DNA of 55,809 nucleotides from Perkinsus olseni (Eukaryota): NCBI GenBank assembly GCA_013115125.1, contig JABANN010000183.1, positions 1 to 55,809 of the forward strand, read 5' to 3'. Shown piece by piece: positions 38,227 to 50,979 of this stretch (position 1 is its first letter; each line of letters starts with the position of its first letter). The notes under the pieces were generated by a model. It saw only the letters and a program-made list of their open reading frames with translations, ran no database searches and was not told where the DNA came from. The position numbers and the translations under genes were made by a program.

Positions 38227-38606
38227 CGGTCCCGCAGTAGTATACGATTGTCCCCCCAACCGCTTAAGACACATCGCAATTCTGGAGCATAGGTTAGTAG
38301 GTTGACCATCATTACTGAGAGTCCATTACGACCGAACAAAGTCTGTGCTGCGCGGTACTGCGAGTGTACTCTAGCCGGTTAGTGCCACTAACAGACATTG
38401 CATCTCACGTCTACCTTGATGGTGGAATTACTGACAAAGTAAGAAGATTGACACTGGCTCAATAATCTTAGTCCACCTTGGAAAGACAATCTTGCCTGTC
38501 TGAAGACGCTGGAATTCGGCAAGTAATAATTCTCTTGAGGGCTATTCCTTCCGTCATCGAAAGGGCTGCACAGCCCTTCCACAGAGAAGCAATGTTCGGC
38601 CCGGTC

Positions 38607-39659
38607 CTAGCAGCTGTGGACTGCCACGACGTAGACGTGGCACCGGACAAGTAGATAAACTCTGCTCTCAAGCAGCACCACAGAACACCAAGCGCCGCTG
38701 CACGAGCGAGGTATTACAACCGTGGATGTCACGGTTCCTCGGTGATCGGCCAACACAGCAGCTGTAATATGACTACCACCACGCCACACAGAGTAGAGGA
38801 AGGTTCTCGGTGCCATCGAGAGAATCCGTCCATTCGGATATCCATGAGATATTGCAGTTGTGCCTAGACGGCGACGCTGAGAACAATGTGATCCGAGTAA
38901 CTGCGCAATGACCAGAGACTGGCCTTCGAGGTAAGCTACTTCCACTCCATATTGGGCTTGCTGTTGGGATGAATCCACCTCCGGGGAACAGCACAGAACT
39001 GATGAGATTGGTAGATATTGCCTGCAACGAGCCCAGTTTTCTCGTAGAGTAGCATCGTGTTGAAGTGGCAACTCTATCTCGAAAAGCATACAAGTCGGCG
39101 CTCTCCACGCGACGTACAAGCTGCCCTGACTGTCTGTGGACATTGTTGAACTCGCCGAGTTCGCCAGATGACTGTAGTTAGGAGGCACTCCCATAATAAT
39201 ATAGCTGCCTATCACTATCCTCCTTGTTAGATCGATAACGACCAGTTGCGGACTACCTTCATACAGGACGAACAGTCTGTCGTGGCGCTCGTCATAGTGG
39301 CAGGTTACTCTCCACGGGAACCCGTCCGCCTTGGCGATCGTCTGATTCAGATTGATCGCACCAGACTGGCCATGAACTAGGGTTCCCAGTGAGATAGAGT
39401 TCCTTCTCAAGCCTGGGTTTTTAACCCATACTTCAGAGCGTAGACCAACCAGTGAACTTCCACGACGGAAGATGCCATCCAATGGCGGGACTCTCAGAGG
39501 CTCGAGTAGCTGTAGAGAAAGATCTCTACGCCCTACGAACTGCTTCAGGGTGATGCGCAGCTCCTCCATGCCTAGACCGCTCCTGTCCCAGAGGGAATCC
39601 ACGAGCATAAGATGCAACGCGAGCTTGTGATGAGCGATGAATATCAGAGGAGTGCTCAT
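38607..39659 (-). CDS. Intronless 350-aa hypothetical protein, beta-strand rich (possible propeller-like fold)
   Basis: Uninterrupted ATG ORF with motifs such as YDERHDRLFVL and STDSQGSLYVAW. Confidence 0.6.
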   Translation of the reverse strand: MSTPLIFIAHHKLALHLMLVDSLWDRSGLGMEELRITLKQFVGRRDLSLQLLEPLRVPPLDGIFRRGSSLVGLRSEVWVKNPGLRRNSISLGTLVHGQSGAINLNQTIAKADGFPWRVTCHYDERHDRLFVLYEGSPQLVVIDLTRRIVIGSYIIMGVPPNYSHLANSASSTMSTDSQGSLYVAWRAPTCMLFEIELPLQHDATLRENWARCRQYLPISSVLCCSPEVDSSQQQAQYGVEVAYLEGQSLVIAQLLGSHCSQRRRLGTTAISHGYPNGRILSMAPRTFLYSVWRGGSHITAAVLADHRGTVTSTVVIPRSCSGAWCSVVLLESRVYLLVRCHVYVVAVHSC

Positions 39660-40361
39660 TGTTGAATGCGGAGAAACGGGAGCGAATTTGAGTAGCTTGC
39701 GGTGCTATCAGCGCACGCGCACACATGCGGTCAACACTGTGGTCAAAAAGCGTCGGCGGCCACGATAACAAGGATGAGAGATGTGCATCGACCGTGAGTT
39801 TCACCATTCATGCAGTGCAAAGGTTTAAGCGATACAAGAATAAAAGAAGCGGTCTGCGGTGCGGTTGATGACCATCGAAGCTGCTCGCATGCCTTTTTAG
39901 GAGGAGCAATTAGAAATTAGCTTACCGAAGTTCGGTAACGAAACCTTACCGGGCCGGTCATATGCCCGTTTGGTCGAATAGCAGAGATAGACGAGAGGTG
40001 AGTTCCTCATAGGAAAGACAGGTCAGACTCTGCAGGGCTGCTGCCGAAATCACCGGCCGAGATCCCTGCTGTCCGTTGAGGTTTATTCCTGGAGCAGTAA
40101 GCACCGTCAGTCTAATGGCGTGTGTTGGCGACTTGCCCGCGTGTCGGAAACTGGAACAACAGCAGCTTTCGTGTGCGTCCGCTTATATAGCCATGAGGTG
40201 ACTCCTGATGAGCCGAGTCTCACTCAGGGCGGTGTTCGGTGCCGCTTTTCCACACTGTAGCGAGCCAACACAACACGAGGGGGTTAACAGCGGCATGACA
40301 GTCTCTTGATAAATGCTAGCGAACAAGTAAACATGAACTAGTGGTGGAAAGCTCGGCCGGC

Positions 40362-41468
40362 CTACTGTGGCTGCTTAGTCAAAATGAAAGAATGATTGAG
40401 ACCGGCATCCTCATCCGACAGAGTTAGCTCTAGTTTGTTCACATCCTTCGGACAGATGACGATGGAATCCGGTGAGACAGAAAAGGCCACCCTTCCGAAC
40501 CTCTTCTTCAGTATAGGGAGGGGCTCCTCGAGGCTGAGCGGCCAAGACTGGAGACATCCTCTGCCGTCTTTCACCCATTCAAGTGCGGGTACGAGGATAT
40601 CCTTCTCGCCAAAGATCTGGAAGGCGCCGTGTCTTTGCTTTCTGTCTGCGTCGGTTACTATAATAACTTGGGCGGTGAAATCCGCCTCCTCCACCACGTA
40701 GCTGCCATCCGTTATGGCACCCGATGAGGGGACAGCTGCCGCATATTCAGAGTCCACGATGATCATCTTTTGCTGCTTGGGCTCAGTCGTTGTGGGGTTG
40801 TTCGTCTTCCTTTTGCGACGCTGTTTAGTTTCTTCCGACGCTTCCACAGAACTCGGAGCCTCAAATCCCTCCGGTGTAGAGGTGTCCTTGGCAAGAGTGA
40901 AGTGATGAGTGCAAGCCGTCAAACTCAGCTTGTACCCTCCTCGTGTAGGTTTATAACAAACCGTAATTTCGTCTTCAAGGCCGTCCTTGCACATGACCAA
41001 ATCAGACAAGGGATTAGATGATCTCCTCAACCCAAACAAAGCAGCAAACCTAATCTGGAACTCGTCGAGGCCAGACTCAATCTGACTCTTAACGAACCGA
41101 AAGCATTCTTGTTGGAGAAATAGCTTTGGGCCTATCCGGAAGAGCTCCCGAGCCTGTTCGTATCTTCCCAGGGGGTGGCCCGTGTCCATGGACACCGGAG
41201 AACCACAACAACTCGCATTGAGCTGGGCAGTCTGTCCTTCGGAGGACCCTTCCACGATCATATCAAAGCGGGTGAGATCGGGCAGCGTGTCGCATATACG
41301 GTCGTTGCTGCCAGTAATAGCTCGGTAAGTGCCAGAAGGTAGGTCAGCCTCAGAGAGAGGGAGGAACTGTGACTTTCTCTGTTTGCGGTCAGGCCCAGTC
41401 GCAGTGCACTCAGGGTGGGACAGTAGGGTGATGATCAGCAGAATAGGTGTGATGTAAGTAGCTTGCAT
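40362..41468 (-). CDS. Intronless lineage-specific putative secreted two-domain protein
   Basis: The internal ATG at 41468 gives signal-peptide-like MQATYITPILLIITLLSHPECTA. LPSGTY and ITDGSY motifs, basic linker KQRRKRK. The longer 527-aa upstream extension looks non-coding. Confidence 0.65.
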   Translation of the reverse strand: MQATYITPILLIITLLSHPECTATGPDRKQRKSQFLPLSEADLPSGTYRAITGSNDRICDTLPDLTRFDMIVEGSSEGQTAQLNASCCGSPVSMDTGHPLGRYEQARELFRIGPKLFLQQECFRFVKSQIESGLDEFQIRFAALFGLRRSSNPLSDLVMCKDGLEDEITVCYKPTRGGYKLSLTACTHHFTLAKDTSTPEGFEAPSSVEASEETKQRRKRKTNNPTTTEPKQQKMIIVDSEYAAAVPSSGAITDGSYVVEEADFTAQVIIVTDADRKQRHGAFQIFGEKDILVPALEWVKDGRGCLQSWPLSLEEPLPILKKRFGRVAFSVSPDSIVICPKDVNKLELTLSDEDAGLNHSFILTKQPQ

Positions 41469-42238
41469 GCGGGAGGTTGACACTGCAATGACGAGGATGA
41501 TGATCACCAGGAGAAGTTGGAGGCAAGTGAACGAGAACACCAAAAATTTCTTACGGGCCGCAGCAGATTTGTGGTGTTCGGCCTCCTTTAAAGACTTTAA
41601 ATTAGAGTCTAGGAGCCGAGTCAGGACAAGCGCAGGGATAGTGAACCTACGCTTTTCAAATTTCCACCGATTTTTGTCGCGTCTCCATCGAGAACAATCT
41701 TGCATTCTTGACGTCACGTATGCTGCGCCCGACCTAAAACGACAACTGCCAACAGTCCACCGTCTGTGGCGGGTGCGACGCACACCCGAGGACTGATACA
41801 CTCCGGCCAAGTAAACACAAACACTGTGATGCATGGATACATCATCTTCCTTCATTGCGTACTCGTCATGTGTTTCCTCAACGCTCGCACCAGCTTGCAG
41901 GCCGAGACCGGTGAATCCGGAGTTCCGGAATCTGCCGAGCACCATCCAATGCTACTCGCCGTGGATTCGGAATTACCAACTGGCATGTTACGTCTATCTC
42001 CCTTCATATAAGGGGCTAGCACCGCACGAATGCCGTCAGCCAGGATTGTGTTGGTTGCTCTGGAAGCCTCTAGGGCCGCTCTCTGGGCATCCAGCAGGCC
42101 TCGGATCCACACCAAGTCCGATACTTTCACGACCACCTCACCGTCTGCAGTCGTTGGGCTCTGAGCGAGAATGACGGATTATCACAATCTGGATTGCCTG
42201 AGCCGCGACAGAATCGTGTCGAGCGCAGATCCCTCTAT

Positions 42239-43790
42239 CTAGGAGCTCTTCGTGGCGACCTCAGAATGAGAGCGTGGTTCTAGTCCAGGCCGTCCTTCGA
42301 GGGCCTCCTCTCCCTTAACTTGATACGCGTAGGCGTCCTCCCTCGTTCGCGACGGCACCGATCGACGACGATCCTCCACGGCGGAGTTCGCGGGGATTCC
42401 ATCATTCTCGCTCTGCGTGTGGTTCCTGCGGATACTGCTTCCTTTGGCGTCCTCTTCCTTTTCATCGAAAGCCATCCAGTTTTCAACCTTGACCAAAGTG
42501 GATCGGCTGGGGTGCGAAGCGAACCCAAACCTCATCTTTCGCGCGTCTCCGAGTCGAACGTGACTCTCGCCCCGACTTCTTCAGAGTGCCGTCCTCGCTG
42601 GAAGATGACGAGTACCTGTCGGGATTCTCTCGTACAGCACTTCGGCCACGTTCCCTCACTCCCATCGTCCTCCGCGACTACTGTCGGTGATGACGCGCTG
42701 TATTCTGTGACGAGCCGCCAGTAGCCGAGAAGTAGTCGGCCCTGGTGGGGATGAGGGCGCGTCCATCACCGGAGGATTCAACCCGATAGTAGCAATTAAA
42801 ATTCACAACACTACGCACAGCCAGCGATACAACGGTTAGAAACGCCTCGTGTGCTTCACTTCGCTTCTGACCAGTCGGGCAGGTAACCGACTGATAAAGA
42901 AAGAAAACACCATAGGGAACATATTTGAGTCCCTGTGGTGTTTTTAGATGCGCATAAAACAAGAGAGATTTTCTAGAACCAACTGCCATGCCCGGTCCAG
43001 CATTTCTATCAGCTCCGTGGCCAAAGGCTGGTGAGTGTGGAAGGCGAGGAGGCGGAAGGGCACAAGCCCTTCAATAGAACTGTAGGTCGAACGTTAGCGG
43101 AAGACGCTATATGATGCGACAGCTACGGTACGGATGAGAACGAGACTATAACAACCCCCGCAGAATCTTACTATGTTCTCGAAAAAATCTTATCATTTGA
43201 GGAACGGCTCGAGAGGAGAGCACTGGTAAAGAGTATCTATAGAACAACCGGCCCGAATGTCTAGCGGAGCGAAGCACTGTCCAATTACGTTATAACAAGG
43301 ATGATCGGGACGTCATTCCGCAGGCCGTTACACGCCGCAACTCCCACAGTGCTCTCCATCTCCGGCGATATATCATCCCCTTCCTCAGAGAGGCTCTGGC
43401 GGCCATACAGTAGAGGAGGGTAGAATGCATGAACCTGGGAGGAGGGTATTGCGTGGCGGCAGGCAGCGGTACGAAGAGCCCCACATCAAAATGTATCCCG
43501 AGCCAGTCCACACCATCACTGAGGGCAGCCTGGCCCTTATCTGCTGGGGAGTACGCTTTTATCATACCTTTCACATTAGCGGCTAGACGACCTGAAGAAG
43601 AGGCTACCCGAAGGGAGCTGCGAAAGGGCCGCCCTACTGTAATCGAGGGGAGTGCTATTGGAGGGTGCCTCAGAGGGTGTCGAGCCGAGACTCGTCGTGG
43701 CTGAGGTATCGGCTTCTCCCGGCAAAGGTGCTGTACTGGCTATTATCCTCCCTGAAAGGACACCAATGGAAAAGGAATCATCTCAATGAC
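42239..43790 (-). CDS. Hypothetical lineage-specific multi-exon protein (boundaries uncertain)
   Basis: Minus-strand ORFs 43290-43574, 42678-42989, 42483-42665 and 42239-42535 have protein-like composition. Confidence 0.35.
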
Positions 43791-44244
43791 CGACGGAGTA
43801 TTTTCGATCAGGGTTGCGTAGAATAGCTCGGCAGTGATGACACGCAAACCGCCCGAAAATGACTACAGGGTTAATCAATATTGGCAAGAATATGATCGAG
43901 CGAGGGATGCTGAACCTCAGCCGTGTAAACATGTCGAAGATTCCTCAGTGCCTTTGTTCCCTATTTTTCTGGACAGCAAGTAAGATCTCTTTCACGAGTC
44001 GAATCGTAGTCGTAGGGGTTGCCTAGAGCTTACCAGTATCACCGTCAAACATGACACCGGACGTCCATTCGTCCTGTCTCAGGAGGAGGGATCGAACCTG
44101 TGCGGGGCCGAGGTCCATACGAAACGGAATGGAAGCTGCCCCCGAATCCAGCGTTGGCGGCGGAACCAAACGCCCCACTTGAAAAGGAATCTTTAATCTT
44201 GATAGGTCACATGGTTGTTGGTCTACTCTTGCATGAAAGATGGC

Positions 44245-45303
44245 CTACTCTCGGCTGTAACCGTCAGAGGCGCTCACCGGAGTTCCCGGACCAGATCTGA
44301 TGATGGTCGTAGAGATGTCTCTGGACGTGTTCGCCCAGGCTCCAGTCGAGGATGAGACTACCGTACTCATCCTGGAACCTGAAAGCGAATGACCATCACC
44401 CACCCCGAAAGGGGCATCACCTCGAGCACTGTAGGGCAGGAAGTTGGAGCTGGTCACGACTCTGGTCGTCCTGGTCGCTTGGCCCGGGCTCATGACGTAG
44501 CTCGGCGGGCCTGCGGTGGCCGAAACTGAGAGAGGCCTTATAACATAGGAGTGACGGGAAGGTGACAGCGCACTGTATCTAGCGGTTTGAGGAGGGTGAA
44601 GGGCGGAGCTGCAGCCTCCGTAGAATGAGGAGGACAGCAATTGTGTAGAAGTGGCAAGGCCACTGGAAGGCGCGGCAGGGGTACTGATAACCCTTGGGGT
44701 GGGCAGAGCGACGGAGGCAACGGTCGGAGGAGGTCGAGGCATGTAGGGAGCGATAAGGGCCGTGCAGTCCTGACAGCGGTCTGTCTCGAGGGAGGAGGGG
44801 AAGGACTCCTTCCGAAGGAGGACCTACACTCTTGTACTGCCGGACTCTGTCTTGGATATCACTGAACAGCTGTACGAGGCGAACCTGAGAGAAGGGAAAG
44901 GCTACCACTACGACGATGGAGACCAGCCAGGTCTAGCAAGCGTCGGGGGAGGGAGCGTCTACCAGCCAAAGCAGCTGATGAGGTCTGGCCTACTACGCCT
45001 AGAAATCAGTGTTGTAGCCTTCGAGACTAGTATTATCAGTATGAGACTAATACTTACCTTATGTCCAGGCAGCCACTTAGCATCATTGAACGCCTCTATG
45101 TCCTGCAGGTCACCGGGCGTGAGACTTTCCAACGTCTCAACCTTATATGAGAAAACACCACATGCCGGGATCGAACCTGGGACCTTTCGCACTACCGTAT
45201 CATAACCTGCATTAATGAAGTGGGCTGCTATCTGGGCGGACATCTTGTTGACGCGGAAGAAGTTCACAACATCTATCTTCTCCCTTTGGACGTCTGGGTC
45301 CAT
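44245..45303 (-). CDS. SAM-like domain protein with Ser/Pro/Thr-rich tail
   Basis: Spliced MDPDVQREKIDVVNFFRVNKMSAQIAAHFINAGYDT|VETLESLTPGDLQDI...WLPGHK|VRLVQLF resembles the SAM pattern (F...GYD...L..LT..DL...PGHK). Confidence 0.6.
45160..45195 (-). other. tRNA 3'-half-like fragment at the start of a 54-nt intron
   Basis: Minus-strand intron 45195-45142 reads gtagtgcgaaaggtcccaggttcgatcccggcatgtggtgttttctcatataag. Confidence 0.55.
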
Positions 45304-45886
45304 ACTCCAAATAGAAGCGAAACCATGAAGATGCTCCGGACTGATCACGAGCTAATCCTCATACCACTCCAAGCGTAACCTCCATTACTAATAACGGCAC
45401 AGCATGTCCACTATGTAATGAATGGTATTGGCAGGCTTGGAGATCTCGATCTGTCGCTCCATACGAGCAAACAGCTTATGTACAGCAGCCATAACGTCGA
45501 CTCTGATGAAGAGTCATGCTCATCATCAAACAACAACAGCAACTACGTCTTGTTCTCCTTATCGTTCTCGTCAGTAGTAGCGTCAGCTGCCACCTCCAAA
45601 GCACTTCTAGGGGAGTCCGCGAAGGATGACATGAAAAAAGTAGTACACCCTATCAAGAGAACCCCAGGTAGGGTCAAGCGCGTGAGCCCTCCCGCACGAG
45701 AACCACCACCAACGTGCTCGCGCCGTACTAACCACTACCAACTCAAATCAGCCATTTCGCCAAGAATAGAACGCCACTTATAAATAGTCCAACTTTGGTG
45801 GAAAACTTTCTCAGGTCAACTTTCTGGACACGACGAGGGGACCTCCCCAGAGAACAAATCACTGGCTGGTGTCTTATGGTGGGCGA

Positions 45887-48414
45887 CTATAGTATGATGA
45901 GCTCCGCGTTGGGTTGCAAGCGAACCTTCCACTTGTCGAAGAGAGCTCTCAAGGCCGTAATGTACCTCTCCTTCAACGCTTCAATATCATCACTGGTCGG
46001 GTGGTCTTTCTGGGTAACTTCTATCGGCTGAAGAGAAGAAGAGAATGAGTTATACAAAAAGCAACTCCCAAAAGCAATTATAGGAGGGAGAACGTTGGAG
46101 CGCGGAACGACACTGGCGGGAGTATCATAACGTCCTAGCGATCGACAACACTGAAGTCGACCCCGGGGGTTCAGTAATACAACGGACTAGCTTGAGTGTT
46201 GAATTCGCTGACCCTTCTGTACTACCTCTCCCACTACTGTATAGACAGGCCTCCTGAAGGGCAACATACCGAAGTTGTAGGTGAAGACACCTGAGAAAAG
46301 ATACTCGACAGATCGGCAGGAGAGTTTCTAACATCAGTACTATTACCTCTTCCCGAGAAGATGGGAGTAGAAAATGTCAACTTCTTATACATCCAGTCCT
46401 GCACCCTCCTCACCCAGCTGGTAGCGCTGACAGGTTGCAAGGACGTGTCCTGAGGGAGGGTGATGGTGGGGATGGATGGCTTGGGTCCTCGCTGGCCTCG
46501 GTAGTCTTACCCACAAATCATTCTCACCGAAGCCGAAGCTGGGAACAAGAGGAGCGCCTTTCTGTATCGCAATACGGAAGAAACCTTTACGACGTCGAAT
46601 AGTCAGAACGTATCTGGCGAAGAAGTATGCAAGGTCGACGCTGGCACATCGCAAAATCGAACCCACCGGCCAGCCTTGGTGTCCAGGGCCTCTGCAGCAC
46701 CTCCTAATACTAAAACAACCGCCTGACCTGCACCACAACACTCTACCACTCGAACAGTGCTGCCGGGCTACTTTACCTGGGACTGAAAGGTACTGCTTGA
46801 TGGTCCTCGCTGAGCTGTCAATAACCCCTTCCCGGAGAATCATTCTGAAATAACCAAGTAATGCCTGGCCGCCGCCGTCTCCGTCGACCTACTCTCGCAT
46901 AAAGGGCATGTTAGTGTTCACAGTGAGCGTGCACAGCCGGGGCGTGATCCCGGGGAACTTCTGATCGAAACCTGCGTGGAAGAGGTGGTTCCTTGACTCC
47001 GGGAAATCCTTCCCTCACCGCTAGCATCTGTCCCATAGGCGGTGGCAGCTCCTATCGAAAGAATTCCGTGGGGGTGATAGCCGATCATGTAACTCCTCTT
47101 CGGAGAGAAACCTGTGGCGGGGTTGAGCGGGAGCAGTTGAGCAGCGAGGGGGTGCTACTCGTGGAGGCTGGTTGATCTCGAATGAGATAGACTGGGAAGT
47201 ATTTAGCGAAGTTCCTCATGAGGGGTGAATTTCGAAAGAACTTGCTCACTGGTCGAATGTGCCGAGCATAGTATCTGAGTATGAAACTGATACCACTCCT
47301 TTGGTAACTCCACTTACTTTGTATCAATGTACACGTAAGTCGCATAGGCTATTATAAAGGGCCAAGTCTTTCTCCAGTAGTAGAGGGCTACACAGGCCAG
47401 CAATATCGACTAAGACGACAACAATGAGCATATTATAACAATAACAACAGAGGCCCATCCACCCCTAGCTGCATTGTGAATATGAAAAGGCACGCCAGCA
47501 TTTCCCTCCTGCGATGCGGCGGCACGTTGGTCGGGGCGAAGTCCAAACCCAGAACCTGGGTGGGTGGGATGGAAACTCGATGACGTACACTGACAACTAC
47601 CTGTTTCACCTGAGCGTCATCTCCTCCCCTTTTCGTATGGCAGGCCGCCACGGGCTCTGATGAGGACTCGTTCGGAGAGCACTCGCCCTCATCATCTGCC
47701 TTTGCCAACTGAGTGCTTTGCTTGGGTAGGAGTAACGTCACTATATCGTCACGACTGTTGATGATCTGAGGGAGGAGTGGTACTCCGCGCGTCTCAACTA
47801 TTCACCATCCCTACTACCTGGTCAGTTAAAGCTTGCGCAGCCTTCTTGTCCTTAGTGATGTTCTCTACTGCATGGGAAAGTACTTGCGTGACCATGTCGA
47901 AGTGCTTGTCTGTTAATGCCGTGTAGACCTACCCAGAGGTCGATCATCGTACGAGATAGAGAGAAAGGTACGCGGCGGCCTTACTGGCAGACTAAGAGGG
48001 GCGGTCATCACATCATCAGCGTCCGTATCGCCAGAACTGTCTTCCTCTATTGGCGAGGTCTGGCCGTTGAGATCGCGGAATTTCTGGAGGAGCTGAGCAG
48101 GAAAATTTCGTCGGGGAGGAGATCCTTCTTCTGGACCATCGTATTTGTTGACTTTCCCAATCGCTGTTATTACCATCTCCAAGAGCATCCGCTCGACCGC
48201 TTTGGAGTCGTAAGGGTCGTATAGTTCCCGGACAGAGCTGTAGTCGTCTGACCACGGGATGATACTAGAGGTATCCAAGGTCGAAGCATGCATTACGTGT
48301 GAGCCTAAGATACTCTTCGACAAGAGCTTTACAACCTGTGACCGAGGCGAAGTAGTCCAGCCAGGCCGCCGTTCCTCCTCCGAAGGGAAGCTCCTCCTCG
48401 GAGCCGCCCGGCAT
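45887..48414 (-). CDS. DGAT2: Type-2 diacylglycerol/monoacylglycerol acyltransferase (DGAT2/MOGAT) with an N-terminal degenerate truncated-globin-like domain
   Basis: DGAT2 motifs: FAPTNVPPHRRRE, KYFP, YMIGYHPHG, GGAAEAL, RRKGFFRIA and LVPSFGFGENDL; stop at 45887. Upstream exons splice in frame via GT-AG introns 48296-48248, 47984-47929 and 47817-47766. The DGAT2 call is very secure; the fusion is less so. Confidence 0.8.
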
Positions 48415-48753
48415 CTGCAGTGTAAAGACCGCGTTAAACCCCTCCTCAACGTACCACACCTACGTCGAACGATGAGACTTTCCTAGGGTGTCGTGAGCGT
48501 TCCGTTGATATCATACCACAACTTTAACAAAAACAAATCTGAAAAGGGAGACGGCAATGCCAGGGTGTGATGGGAGGAGCGTACACCAGCCGTCTAGCAA
48601 GACGCGATATAGCGTTGAGGAAACGCAAGAGTGCGCAAGACTTCCAAGCTGGCAAGATACGATGGTCGCTCGTGTTGAACAACTGTGCTCACGTACGCCA
48701 AGGTATCGTCCTCATAATCCCCTTATCTAAGGTCAACTCTAACCTCTACTATA

Positions 48754-50979
<2,226 letters not shown>

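Noticed and set aside
41469-41945. N-terminal extension of the 527-aa ORF
   Set aside because: It starts at a non-preferred upstream codon, has UTR-like composition, and a signal-peptide-like sequence begins at ATG 41468.
46655-46675. B-box at the donor of a DGAT2 intron (gtgggttcgatt)
   Set aside because: No T-stem or acceptor strand; explicable as an ordinary donor sequence.
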